The translations under genes and the position numbers were made by a program. This document shows, one piece after another, positions 1 through 9,860 of a DNA stretch of 64,000 bases. The stretch lies in assembly GCA_021323865.1 (NCBI GenBank), contig JAJPKF010000020.1, forward strand, positions 257,673 through 321,672, written 5' to 3'. Source of the stretch: Pseudomonadota bacterium. Lineage in GTDB: Bacteria; Chloroflexota; UBA5177; JAJPKF01. The notes under the pieces are model-generated. The model had not been told where the DNA came from. It was given only the letters and a program-made list of their open reading frames with translations, and did not search any database. Positions within the stretch are counted from its first letter, which is position 1; the number at the start of each line of letters is the position of its first letter.

Positions 1-165
1 ATTCACGACCGAGGGAGCCTCGAGTCGGGTCTGAATCTGTGAACGCTCAACAGGCATGCTCTGCCGTGCGCCGTCGGTGGGACTTGAGGCGGCGGCAATG
101 CGATCGGGCGTGGTGAACGGAATGAGCAGGGAAAGGAGAGCCAGCGGGAGAAGAATCCGTTTCAT
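1..165 (-). CDS. N-terminal (signal-peptide) end of a secreted/lipoprotein-like protein, partial, runs off the window start
   Basis: Reverse complement of ~121-165 reads ATG AAA CGG ATT CTT CTC CCG CTG GCT CTC CTT TCC CTG CTC = MKRILLPLALLSLLIPF (hydrophobic signal), and the frame stays open to coordinate 1. Not in the ORF track because it is partial. Confidence 0.35.
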   Translation of the reverse strand, partial: MKRILLPLALLSLLIPFTTPDRIAAASSPTDGARQSMPVERSQIQTRLEAPSVVN

Positions 166-441
166 CAGGAGCCTTGGGTAGAGATTGAGATTGCAATCTC
201 ATCCGGGCGAACCCAGTCACAATTCGACATAGCCAGGCTCGGTAAGCCCAAGCAGGCTACTGTCAAACATTTGGTGAGGACCTGAGGGGTGTGAGTCCGA
301 GGGCCGTCTTAGGAGAGTCGGCCTCGATTCCGCGGTCCGGAAGCGGTCGCCAGCCCGAAGAATGAAGCCGGCCGGCCCCGCGCTACGGGATCGCTAAGGC
401 TGGAAGGCCCGCACGCTGGGAGGAAGGGCGTGGCGCCGACC

Positions 442-1077
442 TCACTCGAGTACCATCCACCGCCGACCGTCGATGAGCTCACGTGCAGCGTCCGCATGGC
501 CGGCATGACAAGCGGTCTCGGCGATGACGTGGAGCATGACCTGCCGGAGGTTCTGGAAGCGCCAGCTCGACCACCGGTCTTCGGGCCACCAGGCCGGCCC
601 AGCCTCGAGGCTGGTACGGGCGATGACCTGATTTGACCGCTCGACCTCCAATCGGTATCGCGCGATTACCTCTTGAGGCGCGACGGATTCCGGCACTCGC
701 CACGCCGCTTCGCCTGCGGTGTCCGGAGACCCCGGAACCTCCTCAGATTCTCCCGCCATGATGACGCCGAACCAGAATCGCTCAACGTCGAGCGCAAGGT
801 GTCGAAGCAGGCCGACGCAGGTCCATGCCGAAGGCAGGACAGGCCGTCGGAGGTCGACGTCTGAAAGGCCTTCCAGGATTCCCAGCACGTGATCTCGTTG
901 ACTGGTCAGGGCTCGAAGGAGTAACTCTCGCTCGCCGGACGCCGATGACTCAGTCAACGTGTTCCCCGTCTCGTCCCAGGATGCAGCTCGTTTCGACGAG
1001 TGATCGGTCCACACGCTATGTGTATCAGAAGATGCCGCGACATCGGCCAACCCGAGGCCGCCGTCACTCGTGCGCAA
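442..1077 (-). CDS. DinB_2/DUF664-like (mycothiol-dependent maleylpyruvate isomerase N-terminal-domain-like) protein; start may be internal
   Basis: The C-terminal motif ...VMLHVIAETACHAGHADAARELIDGRRW is typical of DinB_2 four-helix-bundle metal-binding proteins. Paralogous to 30179-30697 and to the C-terminal half of 12250-13050. Confidence 0.6.
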   Translation of the reverse strand: MRTSDGGLGLADVAASSDTHSVWTDHSSKRAASWDETGNTLTESSASGERELLLRALTSQRDHVLGILEGLSDVDLRRPVLPSAWTCVGLLRHLALDVERFWFGVIMAGESEEVPGSPDTAGEAAWRVPESVAPQEVIARYRLEVERSNQVIARTSLEAGPAWWPEDRWSSWRFQNLRQVMLHVIAETACHAGHADAARELIDGRRWMVLE

Positions 1078-1162
1078 CGGAATCGCGTAGGCACCCGCCG
1101 ATAGCCACGTGAAACCTCCCCGCTGCCGCAGACTGGAGTAATCGAAATCCTGGAGGCGACCG

Positions 1163-1801
1163 ATGAACCAGCCCTATCCCGTGTCTTTCGCAGTCGATTA
1201 TCCGGCCAGACCCCTTGACCGTATGTCCACATTGCTTCGCTTCTTCTACGCTATTCCGATCTTCATCATCCTCGCCACGCTTTCCCACAGCGAGTGGCAG
1301 GGCGCCAGCAGCGCTCATGGGTTCCACGCCTCGGCCAGCTCACTCGAATTCGGGGGATTGTTGACGCTCGCTCCGGCGCTCATGATCATCTTCCGGCAGA
1401 AGTATCCACGCTGGTGGTTTGACTGGAACGTTCAGCTTCTGGCCTTCAGCAGTCGGGTCTTCGCCTACTTCTCGCTCATGAGCGATCAGTACCCCTCGAC
1501 CGACGAGGAGCAGTACGTCCATCTGAACGTCGTCTACCCGGATGCGGCCGCCGACCTCAATCGCTTTCTACCCATCGTCAAGTGGCTCCTGGCCACTCCG
1601 CACTACATCGTGCTCATTTTCCTGAATCTGGGCGCCTTCTTCGCGGTCATCTTCTCGTGGTTCGCGATCCTCTTCACCGGCACCTATCCACGCGGCATCT
1701 TCGACTATGTGGAAGGCGTGATGCGGTGGAACAACCGAGTGGTGGGTTATGCCTTCATGCTGGTCACCGATCAGTACCCCCCCTTTTCGCTCTCGACATA
1801 G
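1163..1801 (+). CDS. DUF4389-like integral membrane protein (internally duplicated)
   Basis: Two repeated halves, each with a YP(A/R)...DR/WW motif followed by long hydrophobic helices (RFFYAIPIFIILATL; WLLATPHYIVLIFLNLGAFFAVIFSWFAILFTGTYPRGIFDY). Confidence 0.55.
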   Translation: MNQPYPVSFAVDYPARPLDRMSTLLRFFYAIPIFIILATLSHSEWQGASSAHGFHASASSLEFGGLLTLAPALMIIFRQKYPRWWFDWNVQLLAFSSRVFAYFSLMSDQYPSTDEEQYVHLNVVYPDAAADLNRFLPIVKWLLATPHYIVLIFLNLGAFFAVIFSWFAILFTGTYPRGIFDYVEGVMRWNNRVVGYAFMLVTDQYPPFSLST

Positions 1802-1934
1802 GCGATTCAAGCAGCCGGTGACTGCCGGTCGGCCAATGATCTAGACACTGAGGGCTTGACGTGGTGCAGTGGTCGGGGTGAGTATGGTCCAAATGTCCGG
1901 GTTGTCAAACCTGGACGATTGGTGAGGTGTCGGA

Positions 1935-3917
1935 GTGGCCAGGATGCTATCGCAGACGGAGAAGAGTCGAATGCTCCCGCGGATGATCGGCTCAGTTGCC
2001 ATTCTGATGGCTTCCCTCGGTCTCACCGCCGTGGCGGGACCGACGGCGGCAGCTGCGCGTACGTATGACGGTCCTCGAACGAGTCATCCCGTATTCCTCC
2101 GGCCCCCGGTTTACCACCGCGGGCGGCGGGACGGTTGCCCCTCGACGGGGTGTCCCCCGGCAGATGCCCATCTGAGCTACGGCGGCGGCCCGGTGATGCA
2201 TGCGGTCACGGTGTACACGATCTTTTGGCTGGCGCCCGGCTATCACTTCGAAGCCGCCTATGACGGCACGCCTGGCTCAACCGTGGCCGACCGGCGCTTT
2301 GAGAGCCTGATCAACCGCTTCGTCACTGACGTGGGAAGCACGCCCTTCTACAACACCCTGACGCAGTACTCGGATCAGACCGGTCCGGTGCGCAACGCCG
2401 TCACTTTCGGAGGGTCGTTCGTCGACATCGGGAAGCTCAACCAGTTCAAAAAGGGAGATCTGGGCACCGCCGCGCAGCCACTCATGGACTCGGACATTCA
2501 GGCCGTCATCAAGAGGGCGGCGAAGGATGAATCCTGGCCGTTGGGCAGTCCCAACGTTCAGTACTTGGTGTTCACGCCTGCGACGGTGCAGAGCTGTTAT
2601 TCGTCGATGAGCTGCGACGCCGAGATCGATACCGGGTCCGGCGCATACTGTGCTTACCACTCCAGCTTCGCCGTCGCCGCGGGGACGGTCCTGTACTCCA
2701 ACATGTTCGACGCCGGCTATTCGACAGCGTGCGGAGGGCCCAACTGGCAGGTCGGCGGAATGTCCGTGGGACCGTACGACGGCTACGGCCCAAACGGCGA
2801 CGCCGTCGCGGACTACGAAATCAATCCCGCTTCGCACGAGATGGCGGAGACGGTGACCGATCCATCGGGCTCGACCGGTTGGTACGACACCGGGAACACC
2901 AATGAGATCGGCGACACCTGCGCCTATAACTTTGCCACACTGAATCCGGATCACGGGGATGTCGTCCTTCACGGTGATCCCTACCTGATTCAACAGGAAT
3001 GGAGTAACGCGACCGATGTCTGCACGGTCGCCTTCCACCGCCCGACCAAGCTGCCCGTCAATTCCACTGCCGACTCGGTGCCATCGCTGGGGATCACGCC
3101 GCTCTGCTCCAACACCCCGGGCGGAGACGTCGCCAATCCTTCCTACAGCCTGCGTTGTGCCATCGCCGACGCGGACAACGACGCGCTCGCCGGAACCTTC
3201 CACCACGTCATCACTTTTAAGAAGTGCTCCTCGTGTTCCATCAAGCTGCAGAGCCCCCTGCCCGCGATTCAAGCGACCGGCCTCGCCATCTCCGGTGGCG
3301 GGAAGACAATCATCCTTGGGCGGCACGCGATCCCTCGTGGCCTGGTGATCAATGGGAATGGGGTCGTCGTGACGGGCCTGACGGTCAAGAACTTTACCGC
3401 CGATGGGATCGACGTCAGCGAATCGACGTCCGTGCGGATCGGCGGCAGCAAGGCCGACACGCTCACGAGTAACGGCGGCTTCGGCATCACCGTCGGCAGC
3501 TCCGCCACGGACAGTTCCACGGTGATCGTGAGCGGGAACCGCATCTATAAGAACGCCAGAGGTGGGATCAACCTCGCCGGACAGGCACCCGGCAGCTGCA
3601 CCGCCGGCCTCAAGCCGGGCGCTCCAAACGCCTATCTTCCCTGCCCCGTTATTCAGACGGCGATACCGGGACATGTGGCAGGCACGGCGTCCTGCAACGA
3701 CCACTGCGTCGTGCAGCTCTTCCTCGTTCCCAAGCAACCGGACGGCACGAATCACGGCCAGGCCAAGGCTTTCATCGGTCGATCCGGAGTGGTCGGGAAC
3801 AAGTGGTCCATCGTCCCGACTGTGGGTCTGACCAATGGTGAGCGAGTGACGGCGACGGTCACGGATCCTGGACGCGGCTACACTTCGGAGTTTTCCGCTA
3901 ACGGCAAGGTGACCTAG
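1935..3917 (+). CDS. Large secreted protein: signal peptide, N-terminal domain of unknown function, C-terminal right-handed parallel beta-helix (pectate-lyase-like) repeats
   Basis: N-terminus MLPRMIGSVAILMASLGLTAVAGPTAAAA is signal-like. C-terminal segment NGNGVVVTGLTVKNFTADGIDVSESTSVRIGGSKADTLTSNGGFGITVGSSATDSSTVIVSGNRIYKNARGGINLAG has the G/N-rich beta-helix coil pattern. Clear coding-like composition over 660 codons. Confidence 0.6.
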   Translation: MARMLSQTEKSRMLPRMIGSVAILMASLGLTAVAGPTAAAARTYDGPRTSHPVFLRPPVYHRGRRDGCPSTGCPPADAHLSYGGGPVMHAVTVYTIFWLAPGYHFEAAYDGTPGSTVADRRFESLINRFVTDVGSTPFYNTLTQYSDQTGPVRNAVTFGGSFVDIGKLNQFKKGDLGTAAQPLMDSDIQAVIKRAAKDESWPLGSPNVQYLVFTPATVQSCYSSMSCDAEIDTGSGAYCAYHSSFAVAAGTVLYSNMFDAGYSTACGGPNWQVGGMSVGPYDGYGPNGDAVADYEINPASHEMAETVTDPSGSTGWYDTGNTNEIGDTCAYNFATLNPDHGDVVLHGDPYLIQQEWSNATDVCTVAFHRPTKLPVNSTADSVPSLGITPLCSNTPGGDVANPSYSLRCAIADADNDALAGTFHHVITFKKCSSCSIKLQSPLPAIQATGLAISGGGKTIILGRHAIPRGLVINGNGVVVTGLTVKNFTADGIDVSESTSVRIGGSKADTLTSNGGFGITVGSSATDSSTVIVSGNRIYKNARGGINLAGQAPGSCTAGLKPGAPNAYLPCPVIQTAIPGHVAGTASCNDHCVVQLFLVPKQPDGTNHGQAKAFIGRSGVVGNKWSIVPTVGLTNGERVTATVTDPGRGYTSEFSANGKVT

Positions 3918-4127
3918 AAGTCCCGCCGCAGCTGGGTGGCGGATATCCCCTGGTTGCTACAATGCGTGACAGAACACCGACGGGAGCGTTCCCATGGCAA
4001 CTGGCTTCCTGCAGGCCCCCGTTCCGGCGGTACTCGCCTAAGACCCAGATGATGCCCGCGCCTTCCTAGAAGGCGGTCTCGCGCCTTGAGGCGCTGAGCG
4101 GCGGATTCGGCTTGATCGGTCACCTGG

Positions 4128-5957
4128 GTGGTGACCTGGCACATTGCAGAGCCCATCGCCGGCCGGCCTGCAGCACCTTCGTTTCGGCTACCCAGAATTC
4201 GTGCTGCAACAAGGAGCCGACCGTTGCCAAAGCTTGCCCGTTCTTTGCTCTTCTCGTACCTCCGTCCGGAGTGGCGGCGCACTGCCGTGCTGGGCGTCTT
4301 GCTGCTCGCCGGCATTGGCCTCCAGCTGGCCAATCCCCAAATCGTCAAGGTTTTCATCGACCGAGCCGTTGCCGGTGCGTCGCCGGCTCAGCTGGCCACG
4401 ACCGCCGTGCTGTTCCTCGTGGTTGCGGTCCTCGCTCAAGTCGCCACGGTCGCCGAGACCTACCTCGCCGAGGATCTCGGGTGGCGCACGACCAACGCCC
4501 TCCGTGCCGACCTAACCCGCCACGTGCTTTCACTCGACGGCTCGTTTCACGCCGAGCACAGCTCCGGGGAGCTGATCGAACGGATCGACGGCGACGTGTC
4601 GGCCATCGCCGACTTCTTCGCCCGCTTTGTCGTTCAGATTCTGGGTAGCGGCCTCTTTCTGGTCGGCGTGCTCGTCCTCCTCTACGCTGCCGATTGGCGT
4701 GTCGGGGCTGTCTTGACCGTCTGCAGCCTCGTTGGAGTCGGCTTCATGATTCGTGGTGGAGGCTTCGTGGCCGGGCGAGCGGGCGCGGCTCGGCAGGCGG
4801 CGGCAGCGCTCACCGGCTATCTGGAGGAGTCCTTGGGAGCGCTGCCGGACCTGAAGGCCAATGGCGCGGATGCGTACGCGATGCGCCGTATGAACGAACG
4901 CCTCGCAACCCGATTTCATCGCGCCTGGCGGGCCGCCCAGGGCGGATCACTCTTCAACGGCGTTATCGGCGTGATCTTCGCGGCCGGTACTGGAGCCGCC
5001 CTGGCGTTGAGCATCGGCCTCCACGCCGCCGGCGCCATGACCATCGGGACCGTATTCCTGGTGTTCCGCTACGCCGGCATGCTCCAGGTGCCATTGGGTC
5101 GTCTCACGTATCAGATGAACAGGCTTCAGCAGGCGCTCGGCGGCGTGGTGCGGGTGCGAGGCCTCCTGGACACCAAGCCTCGTGTGCCTGATGGCAGTGG
5201 TGTCTCGCTGCCTGCCGGACGGCCGACCCTCCAGCTGGAGCATGTGTCCTTCAGCTACGGCGAACTGCCGGTTCTCGACGATGTCTCCTTCCGATTGGAG
5301 GCGGGTGAGGTGCTGGGCCTGCTGGGGCGTACCGGCTCAGGGAAGACGACGATCTCGCGGCTGCTCTTCCGGCTGCATGATCCGACCAGAGGCAAGATCC
5401 GGCTCAACGGCATCGACATCCGCAACGCCACGCTCGACGATCTCCGTGCCCGAATCGGACTCGTCACCCAGGATGTGCAGCTGCTGCAAGGCACCCTGCG
5501 TGACAACGTGACCATGTTTGACGGCACTCTGCCCGATCGGACGCTTCGAGACGCGTTCCGAGCGCTGGGTCTTCGCGAGTGGCTTGCTGGTCTGCCGGCA
5601 GGGCTCGACACTCTACTGGGAACCGGCGGCCGCGGTGTATCCGCCGGCGAGGCTCAGCTCATCGCGCTGGCGCGTCTGTTTCTGAAGGACCCAGGTCTGG
5701 TGGTGCTCGATGAGGCGTCGTCACGCCTGGATCCATACACCCAGGCGCTCCTCGAGGAGGGCATGTCGCGGCTCCTGTTGGGCCGCACAGCGATCGTGAT
5801 CGCGCACCGGCTGGAGACTGTGCAGCGGGCCGATACGATTTTGATTCTCGAAGCAGGTTGTATCACCGAGCTAGGCCCCCGCCGGCAGCTCGGCGCTGAT
5901 CCTCTGTCTCACTACTCCCGGCTGCTTCGGGCGGGCATGGCCGAGGCGCTGGCATGA
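4128..5957 (+). CDS. ABC transporter, fused permease/ATP-binding subunit (exporter type), first of a heterodimeric pair; true start probably ~4220 (LPKLARSLLFSYLRPEWRR)
   Basis: Six-helix TMD followed by an NBD with Walker A GRTGSGKTT, signature VSAGEAQLIALARL, Walker B VVLDEASSRLD and H-loop AHRL. Confidence 0.85.
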   Translation: MVTWHIAEPIAGRPAAPSFRLPRIRAATRSRPLPKLARSLLFSYLRPEWRRTAVLGVLLLAGIGLQLANPQIVKVFIDRAVAGASPAQLATTAVLFLVVAVLAQVATVAETYLAEDLGWRTTNALRADLTRHVLSLDGSFHAEHSSGELIERIDGDVSAIADFFARFVVQILGSGLFLVGVLVLLYAADWRVGAVLTVCSLVGVGFMIRGGGFVAGRAGAARQAAAALTGYLEESLGALPDLKANGADAYAMRRMNERLATRFHRAWRAAQGGSLFNGVIGVIFAAGTGAALALSIGLHAAGAMTIGTVFLVFRYAGMLQVPLGRLTYQMNRLQQALGGVVRVRGLLDTKPRVPDGSGVSLPAGRPTLQLEHVSFSYGELPVLDDVSFRLEAGEVLGLLGRTGSGKTTISRLLFRLHDPTRGKIRLNGIDIRNATLDDLRARIGLVTQDVQLLQGTLRDNVTMFDGTLPDRTLRDAFRALGLREWLAGLPAGLDTLLGTGGRGVSAGEAQLIALARLFLKDPGLVVLDEASSRLDPYTQALLEEGMSRLLLGRTAIVIAHRLETVQRADTILILEAGCITELGPRRQLGADPLSHYSRLLRAGMAEALA

Positions 5958-7786
5958 GCGAACTACTGCAAACCGGTGCTGTTGCGACTCAGGGTCCGAG
6001 ATCGGGGAGACTGGGCGGAGCCGCTCCCCCTTCGCTGCCTGAACCGCGGCGGGACATGCCGGCCGCAGGCTCCCTGAGGATCCTCCTCCGACTCCTCCGG
6101 TTCAGTGGCCACTATACAGTCCTTTGTCTCGGCTACGCGGTTGCCAGCTTTTTGATTGGGCCCCTGCTGCTGGGATTCGCCACGCAGGCGTTCTTTGACG
6201 GTCTGGCCGGCAAGCATGCCTCCCTGAGCACCTGGGGAGCCATTGCGGTCCTGGTGGCGGTGCAGGTGGCGGACGCGATGTCAGGCGTCATCTTTCGCAG
6301 TCCCTGGAGTTCCATGCAGCAGAAGGCTCAGGCGCTCCTGCGGTGGAATCTGTTTGCCGGCGTCCTGCGAGGATATGGGAGGCACGGCCTCTCCCATCCC
6401 GCGGGCGAGATCGTGACCCGCTTCCGTGATGATCCGGAGCTGAGCGCCGACACCCTTGACGCTTTCTGCGATCTCGTGGGTCGAACCTTGTTCGCAGCCG
6501 TGGCGTTCATCGTGATGTGGCGGATCAGCCCGCAAGTCACGGCGGTCCTTTTTGTGCCTTTGGTGCTGTGCTCGTTCATCACAAGGGCGCTCGGACGGCG
6601 GATCAGGGCGTATCGGGCCGCATCTCGTGTGGCCACGGGCCGGATGACCGAGTTTCTCGCCGAGCTGGTGGCGGCCCAGCTGGCTGTGAAAGTGGCGGGA
6701 GCCACAGGCCGGGTCGTCAACCGGTTGGAGGAGCTGGGTGAGGTCAGGCGGAGAGCGGAAGTTCGCGACACTGTGTTCGGGGCCATTCTGGATGCATTCG
6801 ACCTCAATCTCGGCAATGTCGGCGCCGGCATCGTCCTGCTCCTGGGTGCGCAGGGGTTACGGTCCGGCACCTTCACGGTCGGAGATCTCGGTCTGTTCGT
6901 CGTCTACCTGGATGCACTGACGTGGTTTCCGGACGAGATCAGCCGCCTCATCGGAGGGCTACAGCAGATGGAGGTATCTCTGGAGCGCATGCACGCTGTG
7001 GCTCCCGGCGAAGCCAAGGCTACCTTCGCGGCTCCTGGAGCCCTCTCGCTGCATGGCGCTTCGTACGCGGCAGGCTGCAAAGAGGATGGAGAGCCCCCGT
7101 CCTTCTCGCTCAGCGATACTCTGCAGAGACTCGAGGTCTTGGGCTTGACCTACGCCCATCCCGGCGAGGCGCCCGCGGTCGAACATGTCTCGTTCACCCT
7201 GGAGGCCGGCACCCTCACCGCCATTACCGGAAAGATCGGCGCCGGGAAGACCACCGTCCTTGAGATCCTCCTGGGCCTGCGCCGGCGCGACGCGGGCGAG
7301 ATCCGCTGGAACGGGCGGCCCGTTGAGGACCCGGCCACGTTCTTCGTGCCTCCTCGAGCTGCGTTCGTCCCTCAGGTGCCCAGGCTATTCAGCTGGACAA
7401 TTCGGGAGAACATTGTGCTGGGTCGGCCTGCCGACGATGGAGCCCTGAGCCAGGCGATCGAAACGGCGGTACTCGAACGTGAGGTCGACGACTTCCCCCG
7501 GGGACTCGACACGCTCGTCGGGCCTCGGGGGCTGCGGCTCTCGGGTGGTCAGATGCATCGCGTGGCCGCGGCTCGCGCCCTCCTCCCTGACCCCGAGCTC
7601 CTGGTCTTCGACGATGTATCGTCGGCCCTCGACGCCGAGACGGAGCGGGAACTTTGGCGCCGTCTCTTCCAGCGGCGTGGCTCGGCGACATACCTGGTGG
7701 TCACGCATCGCCCGGCCGTCCTGAGCCGAGCCGATCAAGTCCTGGTCATGGAGCGAGGGCGGCTCGTCGCAGGTTCTGAAGGTTGA
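5954..7786 (+). CDS. ABC transporter, fused permease/ATP-binding subunit, second of the heterodimeric pair
   Basis: Walker A GKIGAGKTT, signature LSGGQMHRVAAARAL, Walker B LVFDDVSSALD, H-loop VTHR. Start overlaps the stop of the upstream ABC gene (ATGA). Confidence 0.85.
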   Translation: MSELLQTGAVATQGPRSGRLGGAAPPSLPEPRRDMPAAGSLRILLRLLRFSGHYTVLCLGYAVASFLIGPLLLGFATQAFFDGLAGKHASLSTWGAIAVLVAVQVADAMSGVIFRSPWSSMQQKAQALLRWNLFAGVLRGYGRHGLSHPAGEIVTRFRDDPELSADTLDAFCDLVGRTLFAAVAFIVMWRISPQVTAVLFVPLVLCSFITRALGRRIRAYRAASRVATGRMTEFLAELVAAQLAVKVAGATGRVVNRLEELGEVRRRAEVRDTVFGAILDAFDLNLGNVGAGIVLLLGAQGLRSGTFTVGDLGLFVVYLDALTWFPDEISRLIGGLQQMEVSLERMHAVAPGEAKATFAAPGALSLHGASYAAGCKEDGEPPSFSLSDTLQRLEVLGLTYAHPGEAPAVEHVSFTLEAGTLTAITGKIGAGKTTVLEILLGLRRRDAGEIRWNGRPVEDPATFFVPPRAAFVPQVPRLFSWTIRENIVLGRPADDGALSQAIETAVLEREVDDFPRGLDTLVGPRGLRLSGGQMHRVAAARALLPDPELLVFDDVSSALDAETERELWRRLFQRRGSATYLVVTHRPAVLSRADQVLVMERGRLVAGSEG

Positions 7787-7817
7787 GTGGTCAGACGCGC
7801 AGCCGGCCCAAGGCGGC

Positions 7818-8336
7818 GTGGAGAATGTCGTGATGCGCGCAGCCACAGAGCAAAGCCGGCCTCAGAGACCGGACCCAGACCTGTCGCGGCATTTGCTTCG
7901 AGCCCGCGACTTCATCGATGCACACTATGAGCATCCGCTGTCCGTAGCCGAGGTGGCCAGGGCCGCACATGTGTCAAGCGCTCACTTTGCGCGCCGATTT
8001 CGGGCCGAGTTTGGGGAGACGCCCCACCAGTACCTCAGCAGCCGGCGACTCGAACGAGCAGCATACCTGTTACGCAATACGGATTACTCGGTTGCGCATG
8101 TATGTCTGTCGGTAGGGTTCACCAGTGTTGGGTCATTTACCTCGGCCTTCGGTCGAGCGTACGGCATGACGCCGACTCGCTATCGAACCCGGCACCTGCC
8201 GGCACTCATCGCCCGGCTCATTCCGCCGTGCGTGCTCGAATTGGTCGACCGGCCCCGGCCTAAGAGGGCATCGGAGGTATCTCAAGCCCGAGACCCATTG
8301 GCGCAGCATGGCCCAACTGTGGCGACCGAAAGCTGA
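7818..8336 (+). CDS. AraC/XylS-family transcriptional regulator (HTH domain only, short)
   Basis: LSVAEVARAAHVSSAHFARRFRAEFGETPHQYLSSRRLERAAYLLRNTDYSVAHVCLSVGFTSVGSFTSAFGRAYGMTPTRYR is the canonical double-HTH AraC C-terminal domain. Confidence 0.8.
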   Translation: MENVVMRAATEQSRPQRPDPDLSRHLLRARDFIDAHYEHPLSVAEVARAAHVSSAHFARRFRAEFGETPHQYLSSRRLERAAYLLRNTDYSVAHVCLSVGFTSVGSFTSAFGRAYGMTPTRYRTRHLPALIARLIPPCVLELVDRPRPKRASEVSQARDPLAQHGPTVATES

Positions 8337-8407
8337 GGCAGACCACCTCGATCAAATGAGTCAAGCTGGCCCGAACATGACAGATAGCGGCTGGTACATC
8401 CGGTCAT

Positions 8408-8821
8408 ATGATCGAGTACTACGGAATGGAAAGGAGCACCCAAATGCCGTCAGTCACGCACATCGGCCGCGTGTTGGTCCCCGTTAACGACCAGGATGCT
8501 GCCATCGAGTTCTATCGCGACAAGCTGGGGTTCAGTGTCACCGCCGACATTCCCTATGGGGAGGGCAGCCGTTGGGTGGAAGTCATGCCTCCCGACGGTG
8601 GGGCCGCCATTGCGCTGACTCCGCCGCAGGGTGAGTATCAACCCGGCCGCATGACCGGAATCTCGTTGCAATCATCCGATGCCCGGTCCGCCCACGCCGA
8701 TCTTCGGGCCAAGGGCGTGGACGTCGACGATCAGCTCATGGGCGGAGACGGGACGGTGCCGCCACTGTTCTTCTTCCGTGACCTGGACGGAAACCAGCTC
8801 ATGGTTGTCGGTGGCTCCTAG
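8408..8821 (+). CDS. VOC (glyoxalase/bleomycin-resistance/dioxygenase) superfamily protein
   Basis: IGRVLVPVNDQDAAIEFYRDKLGF...WVEV...ALT...DVD has the beta-alpha-beta-beta-beta VOC pattern. Confidence 0.7.
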   Translation: MIEYYGMERSTQMPSVTHIGRVLVPVNDQDAAIEFYRDKLGFSVTADIPYGEGSRWVEVMPPDGGAAIALTPPQGEYQPGRMTGISLQSSDARSAHADLRAKGVDVDDQLMGGDGTVPPLFFFRDLDGNQLMVVGGS

Positions 8822-8995
8822 CACTCGAACCTTCGGCGGCTCTCCTCGGACTTCCTGGGTAGCGATGCCCTGTACTGGCTCGTGTGCGCACTCTCCAGCC
8901 ACTCGACGGCCGGAAACTGAGCAGGATAGGAGAAGACGCGGCCCGGGATCGACCGGTAGAACGAGGGGTAGTCCAATCAGCGAGAGGAGAGTCGT

Positions 8996-9412
8996 ATGAT
9001 CCTGCAGGTGAGCCACGCAACATTGTGGGTGCGCGATCAGGACGAGGCCTTGGAGTTCTTTCGGAAGCTGGACTTTGAGGTCCGCGAGGACGTGAGGAAC
9101 GGCGATTTTCGGTGGCTGTCCGTCGCGTCAAGGGAGGATCCCAACGTCGCCGTGGTTCTGGCCAAGCCCGGGTTCCCCATGGACTCTGAGACGGCCGAGT
9201 TGGTTGAGAACGCCGTTGCCAAGGGCATGCTCAGCACCATCGTGTTCTCCACCGACGACTGCTTTGGAGCGTACGAGGAGCTGAAGTCAAAGGGCATCGA
9301 GTTCACGCGTCCGGCGGACAATCGGGGCTATGGTATCGACGCCTCGTTCCGCGACCCATCAGGGAACGAATTCCGTATGCTTCAGGCGGCCGGGCAGCCG
9401 GCGGCGTCGTAG
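8996..9412 (+). CDS. VOC (glyoxalase-fold) superfamily protein
   Basis: ATLWVRDQDEALEFFRKLDFEV...DPSGNEFRM is the VOC signature. Confidence 0.7.
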   Translation: MILQVSHATLWVRDQDEALEFFRKLDFEVREDVRNGDFRWLSVASREDPNVAVVLAKPGFPMDSETAELVENAVAKGMLSTIVFSTDDCFGAYEELKSKGIEFTRPADNRGYGIDASFRDPSGNEFRMLQAAGQPAAS

Positions 9413-9421
9413 CTCACAAGA

Positions 9422-9464
9422 GGCGTCGACTCGGGTGGGTCATTAACTCACCCGACTCGACGCC
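9422..9464 (+). terminator. Imperfect inverted repeat (16-bp stem, one C-C mismatch) immediately downstream of the VOC gene; possible intrinsic terminator without a T-tract
   Basis: ggcgtcgaCtcgggtg-(loop ggtcattaact)-cacccgaCtcgacgcc, located 10 nt after the stop at 9410-9412. Confidence 0.3.
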
Positions 9465-9860
9465 CGCCGCGGCGAGCCATTCGGGGCGTACATCCTCCGC
9501 TCTCGAGTCGCCCGGCTCATGGCCCAGCCGGCCACATTTGACAACCTTCATCGGCTGCTGCTAGCATCCGGGGTTGTCCTGATTGACAATTGCGGCCAGG
9601 CGAACGCCACCCGTAGTGAGGCGGATGAGGGGAGTCGTTGCGACCCAATGTGGAGGCGGTTGGCCAGCCGGGTTTGCGCATTCTTGTCATGCATGTTCGG
9701 GCCCTCGTTCTCTGCCATCGCCCCTTGAGCGTCTTGTGCCGATCTTGGGCATGAGCCGAGCCCGCCTGAGGGAGGCGGCCACTGCCGCCATGACGTCATG
9801 CGCACTTACCGCTCCGTCGTACCAATCGACCAGACATATCCTTGGAACTGGAGACGAATA

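Noticed and set aside
2277-3755. 492-aa minus-strand ORF (with nested 2572-2793 and others)
   Set aside because: Lies entirely antisense to the well-supported secreted beta-helix gene. Its translation is Arg/Gly/Ala-rich low-complexity, typical of antisense frames in high-GC DNA.
3918-4127. 210-bp leader upstream of the first ABC exporter, checked for riboswitch-like structure
   Set aside because: No convincing conserved stem architecture or known riboswitch consensus recognisable by eye.
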